The position numbers were made by a program, and so were the translations under genes. Below are positions 12,001 through 18,700 of a stretch of DNA of 64,000 nucleotides, in pieces. The notes under the pieces are model-generated. The model was not told the DNA's origin. It saw only the letters and a program-made list of their open reading frames with translations, and ran no database searches. This DNA comes from a virus. Where the stretch lies: the IMG/VR virus record IMGVR_UViG_3300044971_004534; one strand, written 5' to 3'. Each line of letters opens with the position of its first letter. Position 1 is the stretch's first letter.

Positions 12001-14291
12001 CTGGAATAGACTATTTTGGTAACAACCATTTGTTCAATGACTATTCTGACAAGTCGTTTAATTGGACTATTAATTCTCTTGCAAATGAACAGAATATAAG
12101 TTTTAAGGTAGACTATTTTGATTACTCAAATTCTTATCTTGTTTCTGATGACAATGAGATTAGTCTATATTATGATGAGGATGCTTCTCAGTGGAACGTT
12201 AATGTAGAAAAGATTGGTATGCACGCTTTTGTTGTCATGGAAATGCAGCAAATGATGGTGTCTTCAAGTTCAAGTTCTTCTGAATCTTCTTCCAGTAGTT
12301 CCAGTTCCAGTAGTTCCAGTTCCAGTAGTTCCAGTTCCAGTAGTTCCAGTTCCAGTAGTTCCAGTTCCAGTAGTTCCAGTTCCAGTAGTTCCAGTTCTAG
12401 TAGTTCCAGTTCCAGTAGTTCTGTTTGTACTAGAATATGGAGTGGTCCATATGGCTGCCCTGACATCAATGGTGATGGTTTTGTTGACTTTAGAGACTTG
12501 GATGCTATGATATCTCTATCTGGTACAGTTAATCCAAGCTCTAGGCAATCTGTGTCTGCAGACTTAAATGGGGACGGCTCTATAAATGTTGCAGACCAAA
12601 TATTGTTACTTAATTTTGGATATGGCTGTTGTGAATGCCCAAATTTTGTATGGCCCATATCAAGTAGTTCAACCAGTGCTGGATCTAGTAGTTCATCTTC
12701 TTTTGAAGATGAAGATATAGATTTTACTTCTTCTTCAAGTAGTTCAAGACCTATTGGTTCTTCTTCTAGTTCTTCTTCTAGTTCTTCTTCAGAAGAATCA
12801 AGCTCATCAAGCTCAAATGAATTTGATCAAGCTGCTAATTTCTCTCAAATATCTACTCAAAGGTCTTCTAGTATAGACGCAGAATTTGGAATTCAGTTCT
12901 ACAACACTGGATTTGGAGGAGCAGTTGCTGATAGTTTAAATATTAATTTTGCTCAATTAAGTCCAGTTTCAATAGCTAGGGGAGACTCTTATTCAGGAAT
13001 AGTCACTTTTTACAATGGTACAAGAATTGGTAAATACGATACTGTATCTCTAGAGGTTAAAAATGAGTCTGTAAAGTATGCAGGCTCGGTGCCTCACACG
13101 GTTCTAGAAGATTCATTTGAAGGAGTGAATACCGGCTTGGCTGCAGGCCTCGGTCAAGTGCAAAATATTAATATTGTTTCTCAAAGAAGTAAAATGTTAA
13201 GTATGTATGTTGAGGATCTAAGATATGAGACAAATTATTTTGGTTACAATATGTATTTTGCAAAACAAAAAGAATCTGTAGAAAGAAATGGATCTTTCGT
13301 CACCAACTTTGATGCGATTACGGAGTCAAATATTGATCATGTATCTTCTGATATTTACTACAAGAAAGTTATATCTAGTTCTACAATTATTAAATCAATA
13401 GGATTATTGCAGCAAGTAGTTCTTTTAGAAGATAATAAAGTTATGGTAATTGGTAATAAGAATATTGGAATTCTAGATGGTGATCTTAATTTTGAATTTA
13501 TAAACTTTAGTTTTGAAGACGGTGAAAATGTATTAAGTGCAAATATATTTGACGATGGTATAGTGGTATGCACATCAAATAGATTTGTAGTATTTGATAT
13601 TTCTATTAAGTTTATGTATTCAGTTGGATATCCAGGTAGTATTGGCACTCCAATATGTGGTTATGGGAACAATAGCGAACTTGTATTAAGCACCAGTAAT
13701 GGTATTTACTACAAACTTTTTGATGCCCCAAGTTTTGTGAGAACATATATACCATCAATATCTGGATCAAACAATCCAGATGGTGTATATAAATTTATAG
13801 ATAATAATAATGCGACCATAGGAATAGGTAAAAATATATATTGGACAAATAATAATCAATTATTTTCTAAAGTTTCTACGGAGACTGTTAATTACAATAT
13901 TCGTTCAGTTGCCAAATTCTTTAATCGGTACGTTTTTGCTACTGACAAAGGCGTATTTGTTTCAGCACTTAACATGTTGGGTTCAAATAGCGTGCAGGCT
14001 TCTCTAGCTTCTCAGTCTATATTGCCAAATAGTCCCATATCTTTTATAGATATTGCGGTAGAACAGAACCAGGTGGGTGCAAATCTTGTTAGTGCTACCG
14101 TGTATGCAATACGTTCTGACGGCGTATTATTTATATCTGAAGATCCAGCTAATTATTTTGACACTATTGAAACCCCAATTAAAAAGCCTATTATGTTACT
14201 TGTTAAGGGGTCTGATGTTTTAGTGTTCTCTAATAATAATGTATATTCGAAAAATACTAATGTGATAAAGACTTTAACTAGGAGTTTGTAA
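3..14291 (+). CDS. Giant multidomain fibre/adhesin-depolymerase-like protein, 5' end outside the window (>4,760 aa)
   Basis: Frame 3 has no stop from nt 3 to the TAA at 14289-14291. The ORF track starts at an internal TTG at 162, but the 53 upstream codons are also open. Recognisable parts are two paralogous hydrolase-like modules, three dockerin-like modules between poly-Ser tracts, a pectate-lyase-3 type beta-helix, WD40/PD40-like blades (FAFSPDG), RCC1 blades and a C-terminal propeller-like region. Confidence 0.85.
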   Translation, partial: VSCNKYAFYKNDTSDYNIDGGINYINDVVLGASAENAFNYTGNIGFEFSKIKQLFIDYLSVPSGLAVMGSELNKAIRQMFETVVVSKNFAPKAKIGIVNSPVVPFSMPNFDWSTASESERYNIIDKCASLIEDTISEVDFIALDMRQQFEIQNNVQYASFLSYAISVVKHFKQWLSSKGLTKKIFAVVSKESYQDFTEVPNDKYTTLIASVSEYVDGFVYKSLTAEKWIQLFDGDANNDQAAFDSLSSILNRNVGSADTATYNAIQSYNLSNLTTLKSTVSFNCRSYNVSNSSGDVISFRATRGPSYPEWMSSARLMMKFSLSAENIKSCAALAVPHMPAASSLSDEDTIVCVFVNTQYVSNSSLFTISGASCNAVRKISTARSVFLNALQLQQFVNYAVSYAPDVLVFDAHQFDEPLWYSTATPIGTWNILTSHPGYGLGPGLDIIDTYVAAASTVGSKCVLDINPCSFVTLPASQYPYSLNCFGGIIKENFDNGINISIRSFLNQNFVDLTYQYHDELFSKGVDGVMWNREVLSDYGDFSANVIEKFARYLGYESANELEFKERFPFPAVCGSSLGNYLYSAAGFTGTCDSSANISVEDLVFKIPNFGTLYTQEIKDTLIEYFAFCHNLANANILYIQNKIDYSYGTSGLKVIIPHVGSDIIYKWKSSLSSEILNSASVITVNSGIEKQARSRRIKNANTSNNTQEIQRPGAATVENFGLDLLSSSDGKKIIIRKLPNIFKYADTSVASQWNNFDNVNATNIVEDGIVREDGIKGHLASCVFDYIRAGHAVMLDMPNWSNYQEDGETVNYSYVNNDPPRNDMPFVLNVVDINSLMSTLISTSARNNKHAWVGVHYPNRARKYVHVSDSVASFGQEFYSDSNLELSRYGYSGSMSIGQFNWPIFGVYESCIYSGISCAVINDTSLENGDFSGLSVIVIPHKKLLSSMQKDKLDQFNGSVIYLEDLYGQGLQNLWHSSLNTISTNNPDYVTLYNLLINKINAVAGNPPVKVSVNIDNSINTDSGNYILKPFSVFEVSESPESTKIVVCVANDRNWADVRNNIDENGIYGQIERNNDLLNISSANPVFNTIYSGDDFYVNNSYPVLGQFNYYAGDPPAGFGKTFSVRLSFKNNISLLSVTQISCNYSDNNVSGTSLSWSSGASGQSVISNLISDFAWFEIEFSYITPSSSSSSSSSSSSSSSIDDGCITWTGPGCLDLDGDGVIKGSDLAALFAAYSVYDPKADFNGDGVVNSLDLGILQVNWGRCVTCPNWNPSSSSSSSSSSSSSSSSSSSSSSSSSSSSSSSSSSSSSSSSSSSECVTWNGPGCPDMNVDGKVDGVDLQICLSAQSEYNPVADLDGNGIVNGNDLGILMTYWGQCVICPNWPPSSSSSSSSVSSSSSSSSSSSASSSSSSSSSSSSSTIELFSILQARPSVGPKQPSWWSTASVHFQSFNPYATIKQIYEANMDESAPAITEPSLLEVYNEQSSGCGVRPYYANSPTGYPPGYEFTYRSDYAWMRSNGNSFKERFENALNAWFNPEQRALVAHRYRPDIVMIDLHNGDEPFIYNSAVPNAKTSLMIDDVSGLSDYDMVRPFIRKSHELGMKCTAYFKPHFAFLNESVFPAALTANGQKIRAEVNLTQSCTIQRSIFNENFKNFLKNCMIEIVTPESGGGLECDGIYWDASLLEELLDFSSDAIDVYAKYLGYSGYDDPEYVLWAQSNFPFPKTSGWIVSQEDGYIGGGSRPSYKNVYPDSNFEGLGYYNLINNNVDLNENHIENLKTFVSVIKNRYYEILDEISQAVSVASNGNAVFFPAELPSWPDQPHASVSSEVARYTHAVKTEFAVEPRGYSGLRRKSELTQAVLSNEILYCDIQRPSMSLSMTLNQKLDFFSGNKTAIQWNPQRVWISDLPIGSSGSANTLTTFNSDQFYVYPTGYPLFFERGLGREDSIHGYLRAVYQIMIKNGNIFDFNTWYGAGWVGDQDQFIQDATLINNDGYFNNPDMGVSPGNTYAFWRKAIYHARKMKEEIIKEGLIFNIREAYSWAAIHVPVRGRIGIDAPVSWGQDYVIGQNKTINRTVTTNENNQNWGQFWWPILGAMQAFEDRFIPYSLLLDEQLYNGELNGISVIIIPHREWLTVTDQIRLLQFETAGGKVVYMDNAFSDSGGGSSDPRRKGRWYSYEDQNSESIKFINYVKLIAGEPTFSGSVTSYEYDDGTYRHKQAGWFKLSEQDSDGKLLVGVHLLNDMSWMDMRKNASMLSGIDPRFNQLDPVTVPVKGLMDQDLFGWGEDWRNWYNENFDPTNPPHASILPYPIPNPDPSANVKQYFYDPHAENMWGKPLIGYGQYWSANLRLNLPSDFRINKVYKFYVDQENDPNDAGITKKAFNYRAAAESTVMSLSNMPYLPRLNSINTSNTANVINYGAIGDGVSDDTQAFIDAIASGFSAIYIPAGKYRITSSLNISDSVNIIGDIGSSILMSDIQGGNALFNIVPEGSAVTYSYEGQIFSGQKEFQLSSTIGLSVGQKLIFKIGHESASSLSFEYAYDIEIQSINGNIITSASGAPFASDKLIHKIDVYAMSPHDLVIEGIDITSYDENSSYYAFNLLNCINVNLRNINIFNSSFHGIRINKSSKISIERCVFDNIGAGSGAMPSATAITVTYAYDLNLYRNYVKNSLSGLLNLFKSRKINGSYLWVNNCQDACSFAYIRDILEFEVTNVYINNKDLIFVTDLGVSSPYSTSNVYLLQKPFEFNVSNHSGILRIENRVFNGVTSGVITIPVNPPIVSSSSGNESLDVIAWGAGSDPSKYQRANSWNDLYVTVPRSYAHKDQSYIPYIDNPEKVEIQEGNTFVLDANGKMYSSGSTKFNMRPLPASITDNTVIDFSSSLYQLGLIISDNGTGDLSVLVHGRKQYNLCRTLKFNNNSNEIFYVNANGKIGRVNVFSQQEIDGIVYGHNDVWSDGNPLYQISCNSIQFTQNGKLGIFGALWSWEFGAYNIAQVYNLETKQNDHITPKSVLLLRRDDPQNAWIPEWAWSSQDTVQDRMLCHSLSDSNDHIFIFGLWYIYKIDIVTKEIISKKKIWDIFTPGMFSDDPCPIGYAKYLPQSSKWVIMLLDTYNYPVLNGYLGVVTDSDFNVLHYIEDPSNDGQGSLMYPNVHKQVDISSDEKRLVISSYSYSGEKTFVNLINLASGGSSLWTLELNSETEDDFVARFVKFTQDNSYIVVGLVRNIKILNLAGAPIDINDSENSYTSFASTIDDVSTGVLNNDIIVCTRSTGGWCISGWESVAEFAPTENQIQKFTFDNGGVRKFAFSPDGLRCSYWGWSNYYRVSNSPRLEDFSFVDTNFTIKDRSNLAIDIFDYIGDAVPVSIATGVENAAVVLSNGSLFCWGTNRQNETDYPDVSNAKSVHYVSEHWSNTLFDSEGRPLRGRGYIVLLKDGTIKLWGSWVFLEGYADLLQINDAIKISCSSWYVTVLHSNGVASLHGRTDVVPPTEPFPENESNIIDIASTRLGGMLLKASGDVITWGYESVDSNPASWTYGSGLTHRPSAAIGKVAKLGTSYFGAYPVIKQDGRIACWGWDSFRLCAGGDDANGDGIPDYVCNGIVREGYNYNNTPPLRSSFIDISAGRMHTSFVLNDKTAYFTDWSSDKIDNYVDYGQFGPLQDWYPAANSFAQSDMPSPLNKNIKSVSSGFGYTYFIREDNSIFSIGADPGMGLVNVLWAWLFEWDVDFEMPLFAPITFQAITPSDLTHAKKIAAGDFHTAAITMENTVRCWGYNKFGQCDVPAEAVDIVDIAVGRYHTVAVKADGSVICWGRDNKGQCAVPSSIPPIKKVAACMSHNVALTTSGNLVYWGSGDHYDALSLFNGNPFPSESPNQRGDYASSGNYTDVSTGVFHTIALKNDGTVAVWGKANYNTGIPGFDNNFGQFDYPELNGKKVVKISAGHYHNVILVKNQNIVTEQRSANLADGILKKVEFNLTNSSGISELYLNNSSGQSVIVVPESLGPTVNKPISGIDYFGNNHLFNDYSDKSFNWTINSLANEQNISFKVDYFDYSNSYLVSDDNEISLYYDEDASQWNVNVEKIGMHAFVVMEMQQMMVSSSSSSSESSSSSSSSSSSSSSSSSSSSSSSSSSSSSSSSSSSSSSSSSSSSSSVCTRIWSGPYGCPDINGDGFVDFRDLDAMISLSGTVNPSSRQSVSADLNGDGSINVADQILLLNFGYGCCECPNFVWPISSSSTSAGSSSSSSFEDEDIDFTSSSSSSRPIGSSSSSSSSSSSEESSSSSSNEFDQAANFSQISTQRSSSIDAEFGIQFYNTGFGGAVADSLNINFAQLSPVSIARGDSYSGIVTFYNGTRIGKYDTVSLEVKNESVKYAGSVPHTVLEDSFEGVNTGLAAGLGQVQNINIVSQRSKMLSMYVEDLRYETNYFGYNMYFAKQKESVERNGSFVTNFDAITESNIDHVSSDIYYKKVISSSTIIKSIGLLQQVVLLEDNKVMVIGNKNIGILDGDLNFEFINFSFEDGENVLSANIFDDGIVVCTSNRFVVFDISIKFMYSVGYPGSIGTPICGYGNNSELVLSTSNGIYYKLFDAPSFVRTYIPSISGSNNPDGVYKFIDNNNATIGIGKNIYWTNNNQLFSKVSTETVNYNIRSVAKFFNRYVFATDKGVFVSALNMLGSNSVQASLASQSILPNSPISFIDIAVEQNQVGANLVSATVYAIRSDGVLFISEDPANYFDTIETPIKKPIMLLVKGSDVLVFSNNNVYSKNTNVIKTLTRSL
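1140..3550 (+). other. Paralogous module A inside giant ORF 1 (glycoside-hydrolase-like, tentative)
   Basis: Colinear with module B. PDVLVFDAHQFDEPLWY matches PDIVMIDLHNGDEPFIY. GVDGVMWNREVLSDYGDFSANVIEKFARYLGY..ERFPFP matches CDGIYWDASLLEELLDFSSDAIDVYAKYLGY..SNFPFP. REDGIKGHLASCV matches REDSIHGYLRAVY. GQFNWPIFG..FSGLSVIVIPH matches GQFWWPILG..LNGISVIIIPH. The DG(V/I)xW motif and the trailing xxVIIPH segment resemble TIM-barrel GHL/GH42-type architecture, judged by eye only. Confidence 0.5.
3561..3605 (+). repeat. Poly-Ser tract 1 (15 Ser codons)
   Basis: Uninterrupted run of in-frame AGT/TCA/TCT/AGC/TCG codons. Confidence 0.95.
3606..3821 (+). other. Cys-bracketed dockerin-like / EF-hand pair module 1
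   Basis: Sequence is DGCITWTGPGCLDLDGDGVIKGSDLAALFAAY...DFNGDGVVNSLDLGILQVNWGRCVTCPNW. It has two DxDGDGxV-type Ca-binding loops, each followed by a helix, as in type I dockerins. Conserved Cys pairs flank the module. Confidence 0.65.
3822..3950 (+). repeat. Poly-Ser tract 2 (43 Ser codons) built from tandem DNA units
   Basis: The 18-nt unit agttctagtagttccagc occurs 3 times (3831-3884). The 15-nt unit agttccagttccagc then occurs 4 times (3885-3944). All units are in frame. Confidence 0.95.
3951..4157 (+). other. Cys-bracketed dockerin-like module 2
   Basis: ECVTWNGPGCPDMNVDGKVDGVDLQICL...DLDGNGIVNGNDLGILMTYWGQCVICPNW is colinear with module 1. Confidence 0.65.
4158..4259 (+). repeat. Ser-rich tract 3 (34 codons, Ser with single Val and Ala)
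   Basis: In-frame Ser codons, SSSSSSSVSSSSSSSSSSSASSSSSSSSSSSSS. Confidence 0.95.
4560..7150 (+). other. Paralogous module B inside giant ORF 1 (glycoside-hydrolase-like, tentative)
   Basis: Colinear with module A; see the motif pairs listed for 1140-3550. Confidence 0.5.
7233..8330 (+). other. Pectate-lyase-3 / tailspike-type right-handed beta-helix domain
   Basis: ANVINYGAIGDGVSDDTQAFIDAIASG..IYIPAGKYRI is the classic N-terminal signature. Parallel beta-helix repeats follow (NLLNCINVNLRNINIFNSSFHGIRINKSSKISIERCVFDNIG). Confidence 0.7.
10075..11825 (+). other. RCC1-like beta-propeller repeats
   Basis: Repeated blades are SLFCWGTNRQNETDYP, VITWGYES, RIACWGWDSF, TVRCWGYNKFGQCDVP, SVICWGRDNKGQCAVP, NLVYWGSGDH, TVAVWGKANYN and ISAGHYHNVIL. 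Confidence 0.75.
12261..12422 (+). repeat. Poly-Ser tract 4 (54 codons, one Glu) with a 15-nt tandem unit
   Basis: The unit agtagttccagttcc occurs 8 times from 12294 to 12413, plus a partial copy. There is a single tcc-to-tct variant. Confidence 0.95.
12423..12656 (+). other. Cys-bracketed dockerin-like module 3 (divergent)
   Basis: Sequence is VCTRIWSGPYGCPDINGDGFVDFRDLDAMISL...DLNGDGSINVADQILLLNFGYGCCECPNF. It has the same Cys-WxGP-GC-D-x-(D/N)-x-DG start and CxxCPN(W/F) end as modules 1 and 2. Confidence 0.6.
12660..12816 (+). repeat. Ser-rich / acidic low-complexity tract
   Basis: SSSSTSAGSSSSSSFEDEDIDFTSSSSSSRPIGSSSSSSSSSSSEESSSSSS. Confidence 0.9.
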
Positions 14292-15781
14292 TGGCTTACA
14301 TGGCAGCTTTGTCAAATGAATATGAACTTGAATGTTCTGGATTTTCTGGATCTGGAGGAGACAAGTCTTTCATATATAGAGAAAATGTTTATTTTTTGGG
14401 CAAGATACAAGCTTCAAACGTTTCTGCAGGCTATCTGGGCTTCCCGGGTTATTTTAAGATTGATGAAGCTCCATTTGCGATTGTATCTCAATTTGATGCA
14501 AGTACAAATTCTTTAAAATTAGTATGCAATGGTTACAGTTCTCCAGTTTTTAGAAATAGAGGCATTTGCAGGGATGACATTGTTGTTGGGGCCAAAAGCG
14601 GTGCAGTTAGATATGCTGGAAGAAATTTCAAAGTGTACACTGCAGACGGGGCTTCAATAGAAAAAACGGGCATTAAAGAAATTGGCTATAATCCTTTGCA
14701 CCACGATTTATTTGATTTTTCTTCTGATCCAGAAGTCATGTCTTTTGACAGATCTTTTCCTTTAAATAGAAATTTTTATAAAAACACTGTTTTTAATAAT
14801 TTAGATCAAAAGTTTGCTTGCATCGCCTTATTTGATAGAATTCCGCTACCTGTGCCATATACGGCAAATAAACATGGGTTTAGGCAGGCAGTAGCAGTTA
14901 CTCCTAGACATGTTTGTTTTTCAGATCACGTTTGGCCTTATATGGGTCACGACATTTCTTTTTACGATGTGGTACAAAAAACTATAGTTAATAGGACAAT
15001 AGTTAAAAAATTTAATTTTAATCTTCCAAATTATATATTAAAAAATGAAGATAACAATAATCTATCTTTTGGTCAAAGCGATCAAGGTATAGGCATATTA
15101 AACGAACCTTTGCCTCCAGGGGTTCCACTTGCGTATGTACCAGACGTAGCTTATAAGTCATATCCAGAAGCTACAAGAGTTAGAAAGATGCCAGCACTCG
15201 CTATTGATCTTTCAGCAAGAGGTTTATGCTGTAACGCTATAGTGGGTTTTTTAGGTAATGAAAATATTACTTCTAATATCACTATTATTAAAGCTGATCA
15301 ATTTACTGATGCTCTTGCATATCAAAACGCATGCTTAGATCACTGTAATGTTGGAGATTCTAGCACTATGTTTTTTACCTGTATTGATAACAGGTTAATT
15401 TACATGGGGTCTTTGGCTTCTGTTTCAAACAGTGTACATGGATTGTCTGGAACATTTTTGAACCAAGAATATGGATATGGAAAAATAGACTTGTCTTTCT
15501 TTCATTATCCTAATAGATCTGGAGTTATATCTTCTGAGGTAAAGGATAGATATTTACAAAATCAAAGCTATGGTACATCATTGAATTTTTGGTCTCGTGT
15601 TGGAAACAGGGCTTTAAGCTATATTTTTACTGATTTTGATGTATGGGAAACGAGCATAGACCCCTCTCATGTTCCATCAAGGATAAAAATAACTAATGAT
15701 ATAAATATTACAGAGTCTAATTCATATTTTGATTTGTCTAACGATAACTTATTAGACAGAAAAATAAAATTTATATCATGA
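14291..15781 (+). CDS. Hypothetical protein (496 aa) sandwiched between the two giant genes
   Basis: Long ORF. Its start overlaps the upstream stop (TAATG) and its stop overlaps the downstream start (ATGA). I recognised no motif. Confidence 0.75.
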   Translation: MAYMAALSNEYELECSGFSGSGGDKSFIYRENVYFLGKIQASNVSAGYLGFPGYFKIDEAPFAIVSQFDASTNSLKLVCNGYSSPVFRNRGICRDDIVVGAKSGAVRYAGRNFKVYTADGASIEKTGIKEIGYNPLHHDLFDFSSDPEVMSFDRSFPLNRNFYKNTVFNNLDQKFACIALFDRIPLPVPYTANKHGFRQAVAVTPRHVCFSDHVWPYMGHDISFYDVVQKTIVNRTIVKKFNFNLPNYILKNEDNNNLSFGQSDQGIGILNEPLPPGVPLAYVPDVAYKSYPEATRVRKMPALAIDLSARGLCCNAIVGFLGNENITSNITIIKADQFTDALAYQNACLDHCNVGDSSTMFFTCIDNRLIYMGSLASVSNSVHGLSGTFLNQEYGYGKIDLSFFHYPNRSGVISSEVKDRYLQNQSYGTSLNFWSRVGNRALSYIFTDFDVWETSIDPSHVPSRIKITNDINITESNSYFDLSNDNLLDRKIKFIS

Positions 15782-18700
15782 TTAACTTTACTAAATGCTC
15801 ATTAACTGGTTCTAGTTTTAAGCTTTTGTATGACGAAAACTCGTCTACTTTAGACAGTCAGCTATCGTATTTGGCGGTAAATTTTACAAATTCTGATTCC
15901 TTTTGGGTGCCATACAGGACCAGCTATAATGCCTTGAATGATGTATCTATGAAGCTTGGCAGGGTATCTATGGCCTCTTCGTTGGCTGATAGTGCTGAAA
16001 GTTCTTATGGACAGCTTGATTTTTCTGTTAATATTAAGGATGAGGGGGACTATGTAGCAGCTTTTAAGGTATCAAAAGAAGACGGTATTACTTTATGTTC
16101 TTCTGTATCTTTGATGCATTCAATGTTGCCTGGAAAAAATGTAACTTCATATGTCATATTAAATGACAGATACGGAATACCCAATGAATTTGCATTTGAT
16201 AGAAAAACAGAAGTTTTTGAATTTCAGCATAATATGTCTCAAATTGCACAGGATGCTGTATGGATTACTATAGAATTTCCTGCACTAGTGTCTGGAGAAT
16301 ATTCTTTTAGTATCAGATTAAGTGGTTCTGAGTCATTTGATTTTATTAATATTGATAGTGCAAACTTTATAGTAGAAGGTTTTACTATATTTAAGAAAAC
16401 CAATTTTACATCCGATGGGCTCGTTCTTAGAAATCAGGTTACAAGCAATTCTTCTGTTTTTAGCTCATACAGAATATCTAGCATAGAAGATTCTCATCCA
16501 CTATCTAAGGTGTCTTTTTTAAATACTCTGCAACAAGGTGAGGCTAGGATATCTGGCTTGATAGGAATGCAGAGCGGAAATACTTTTTATTCTTTAGAAA
16601 AAAGTGTATTTTTTAAGTTGTCAGATTTTTCAGAAAATGAAAGATCTGTAACTGCCATTATTCCTTATAGTATATCAGTAAATGAAAATGATCTAGATAA
16701 AATCTGCATTATTTTTAGTGAACACTATGACAAAAGTCTTTGGCATTTTTCGTATTCTGCTGATAGCTCCGGCGTGGCGGGTAAAACGTTTAAGCTTGTT
16801 GGCGAAGAATTGGAATTGCAAGAAAAAACTATTTCGCTGAACTTGTTTGAATCGGATCAAAAATATAGACCTATTACTTCTGGTCAAGATTCAGATGATA
16901 GTAAAAACGTGGTAGTTATTGAGCCACCTGTAGGAGTCCCACTTAATATTAATAGCGTTACAGATTCTTCTATATCAGAATCTGTAAAGGATAATTTTGC
17001 ACTACTTTCGGACGATAATGGAAATTATTATGCTTTAAATCTTCCAGATAGGCATCAAGCTTTTGTGCTCGACCATAGTGGAAGTATGTCTTGGTCTGAT
17101 GCTGGTGGTGAGCGTTTTAAATTGATTAATGAAATAGTAGACAGGTTTGAGCAAATTTATCCTGGCAAGGTAAGCTATTCACTTACTACATTCAAGGGCA
17201 CTCCTGTTATAGTAGAATGGTTTGGTGCTATTGAAAATAACGTGAGTGACAGCAATGATCCTGATTCAGTAAGAACTGGATTTCTTCAGGGTAAGTATAC
17301 TAATTTTAGAGGTTGTCATATAGTCAGGAAAAAGAGTATAGCGCCATCTAGTCCTACGGATGGAGATATAGTTTTTAATGGTTTTGACAAAGTGCTTTAT
17401 GACACTGATTTAGAAGAAGATGCTGATTATTATTATGCAATTTATCCAATTGATAGTAACAATCGCTTAGGTTCACCATCTATCATAAGAGCTAAAACTA
17501 GAGCAAATGAAATCGTTAAGGGAATAAAGAGCTTATCTGGTGATGAATTTATTGGTACTGGTATAAGAAAAGATGATAGGTCTGTTTTTATATATCACAT
17601 GAATGAAGGTTATGGCAGTAGAATTTATGATTTTTCTGGCAATAAAATGAACCTTGTCATTCCTGATGCAGCCAAAAATTCTGTTATTTGGCTTGACGAG
17701 TCTGAATCTCCTGCGATAGATATAGATTCAGATATAGGCAAAGGCTCTGGATTAAGACTAACAGGACGTAACTCATATTGCCAGTGGTCTGGCCTGTGTG
17801 ACAAGGATTTTGCTGGTCTTAATCTTTCTTTGTGGATTTATTTGTTTCAAAATATAACTCCCAGAGAAAAAAATATTATATCTATATATAATGCTTTTGG
17901 TCAAATAGATTTTAAAATTGGTAGTGAAAGTATTTTTATAAGACTTAATGGCACAACTGTGGGCGTTTTGTCGCATGTATTTTTAACAGAGTCTTGGAAT
18001 CATATTTCTATAAATGTAGATGCTGAATGGAACACTTGTTCTCTTTATGTTAATGGTGTGCTGTATGATAGTTTCTCTTTTGGATATTATTCTTCTGCAA
18101 TAAGTAATTTTTTCAATGAAAGTATTGTCAAAGTTGTATTGGGTGAAGAATTTGAGAACGGATTCAAAGGCAAAGTGTCTGAGATAAGTCTTAGAAATGA
18201 GGCAATTTCGCTAGAGGAAATAGAGCAAGAAAGCTTATTTATACCAAAAGACAACGGAGATAGGCTATTGCGTCTTTCTTGGTTTACTAATTTAGATAAT
18301 ACGGATCATAAAATAGTTATCAATTACAAGCAAGAATCAGGTCCACTCAGGCTGCTTGATGAAGACATTGCTGGACCAGCAAATTATGGTAGGTATCAGG
18401 GTGATTCTACGATTGGCAATCCTCCCAATAGTCCACCAGGTCAAATTGCTCAGTCTGACTTAAAAGCTCGTATCTGCTATGGAGATGACATAGGTCCTGT
18501 GTCTGCGGAAGATGGAATTACTGTATTTGATTCTTCAATTGATGGTAACTTAAATGAATGTACAGTTATTCAAAATTTTAGTTCTTCAATTGAGAAAAAA
18601 TATCGATTCTCTGTAGATGCTCCTGGCTTTAGAAACTTTTTCAGAATATTTAGAATCAATGCTAATGGCGAGCAAAGCTATCCAGACGATAGCGGCTTAC

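Noticed and set aside
12294-12422. Highly regular short repeats that at first glance suggest a CRISPR-like or minisatellite array.
   Set aside because: The period is 15 nt with no spacers, the repeats are perfectly in frame and encode only Ser inside a long ORF, and no cas genes are present.
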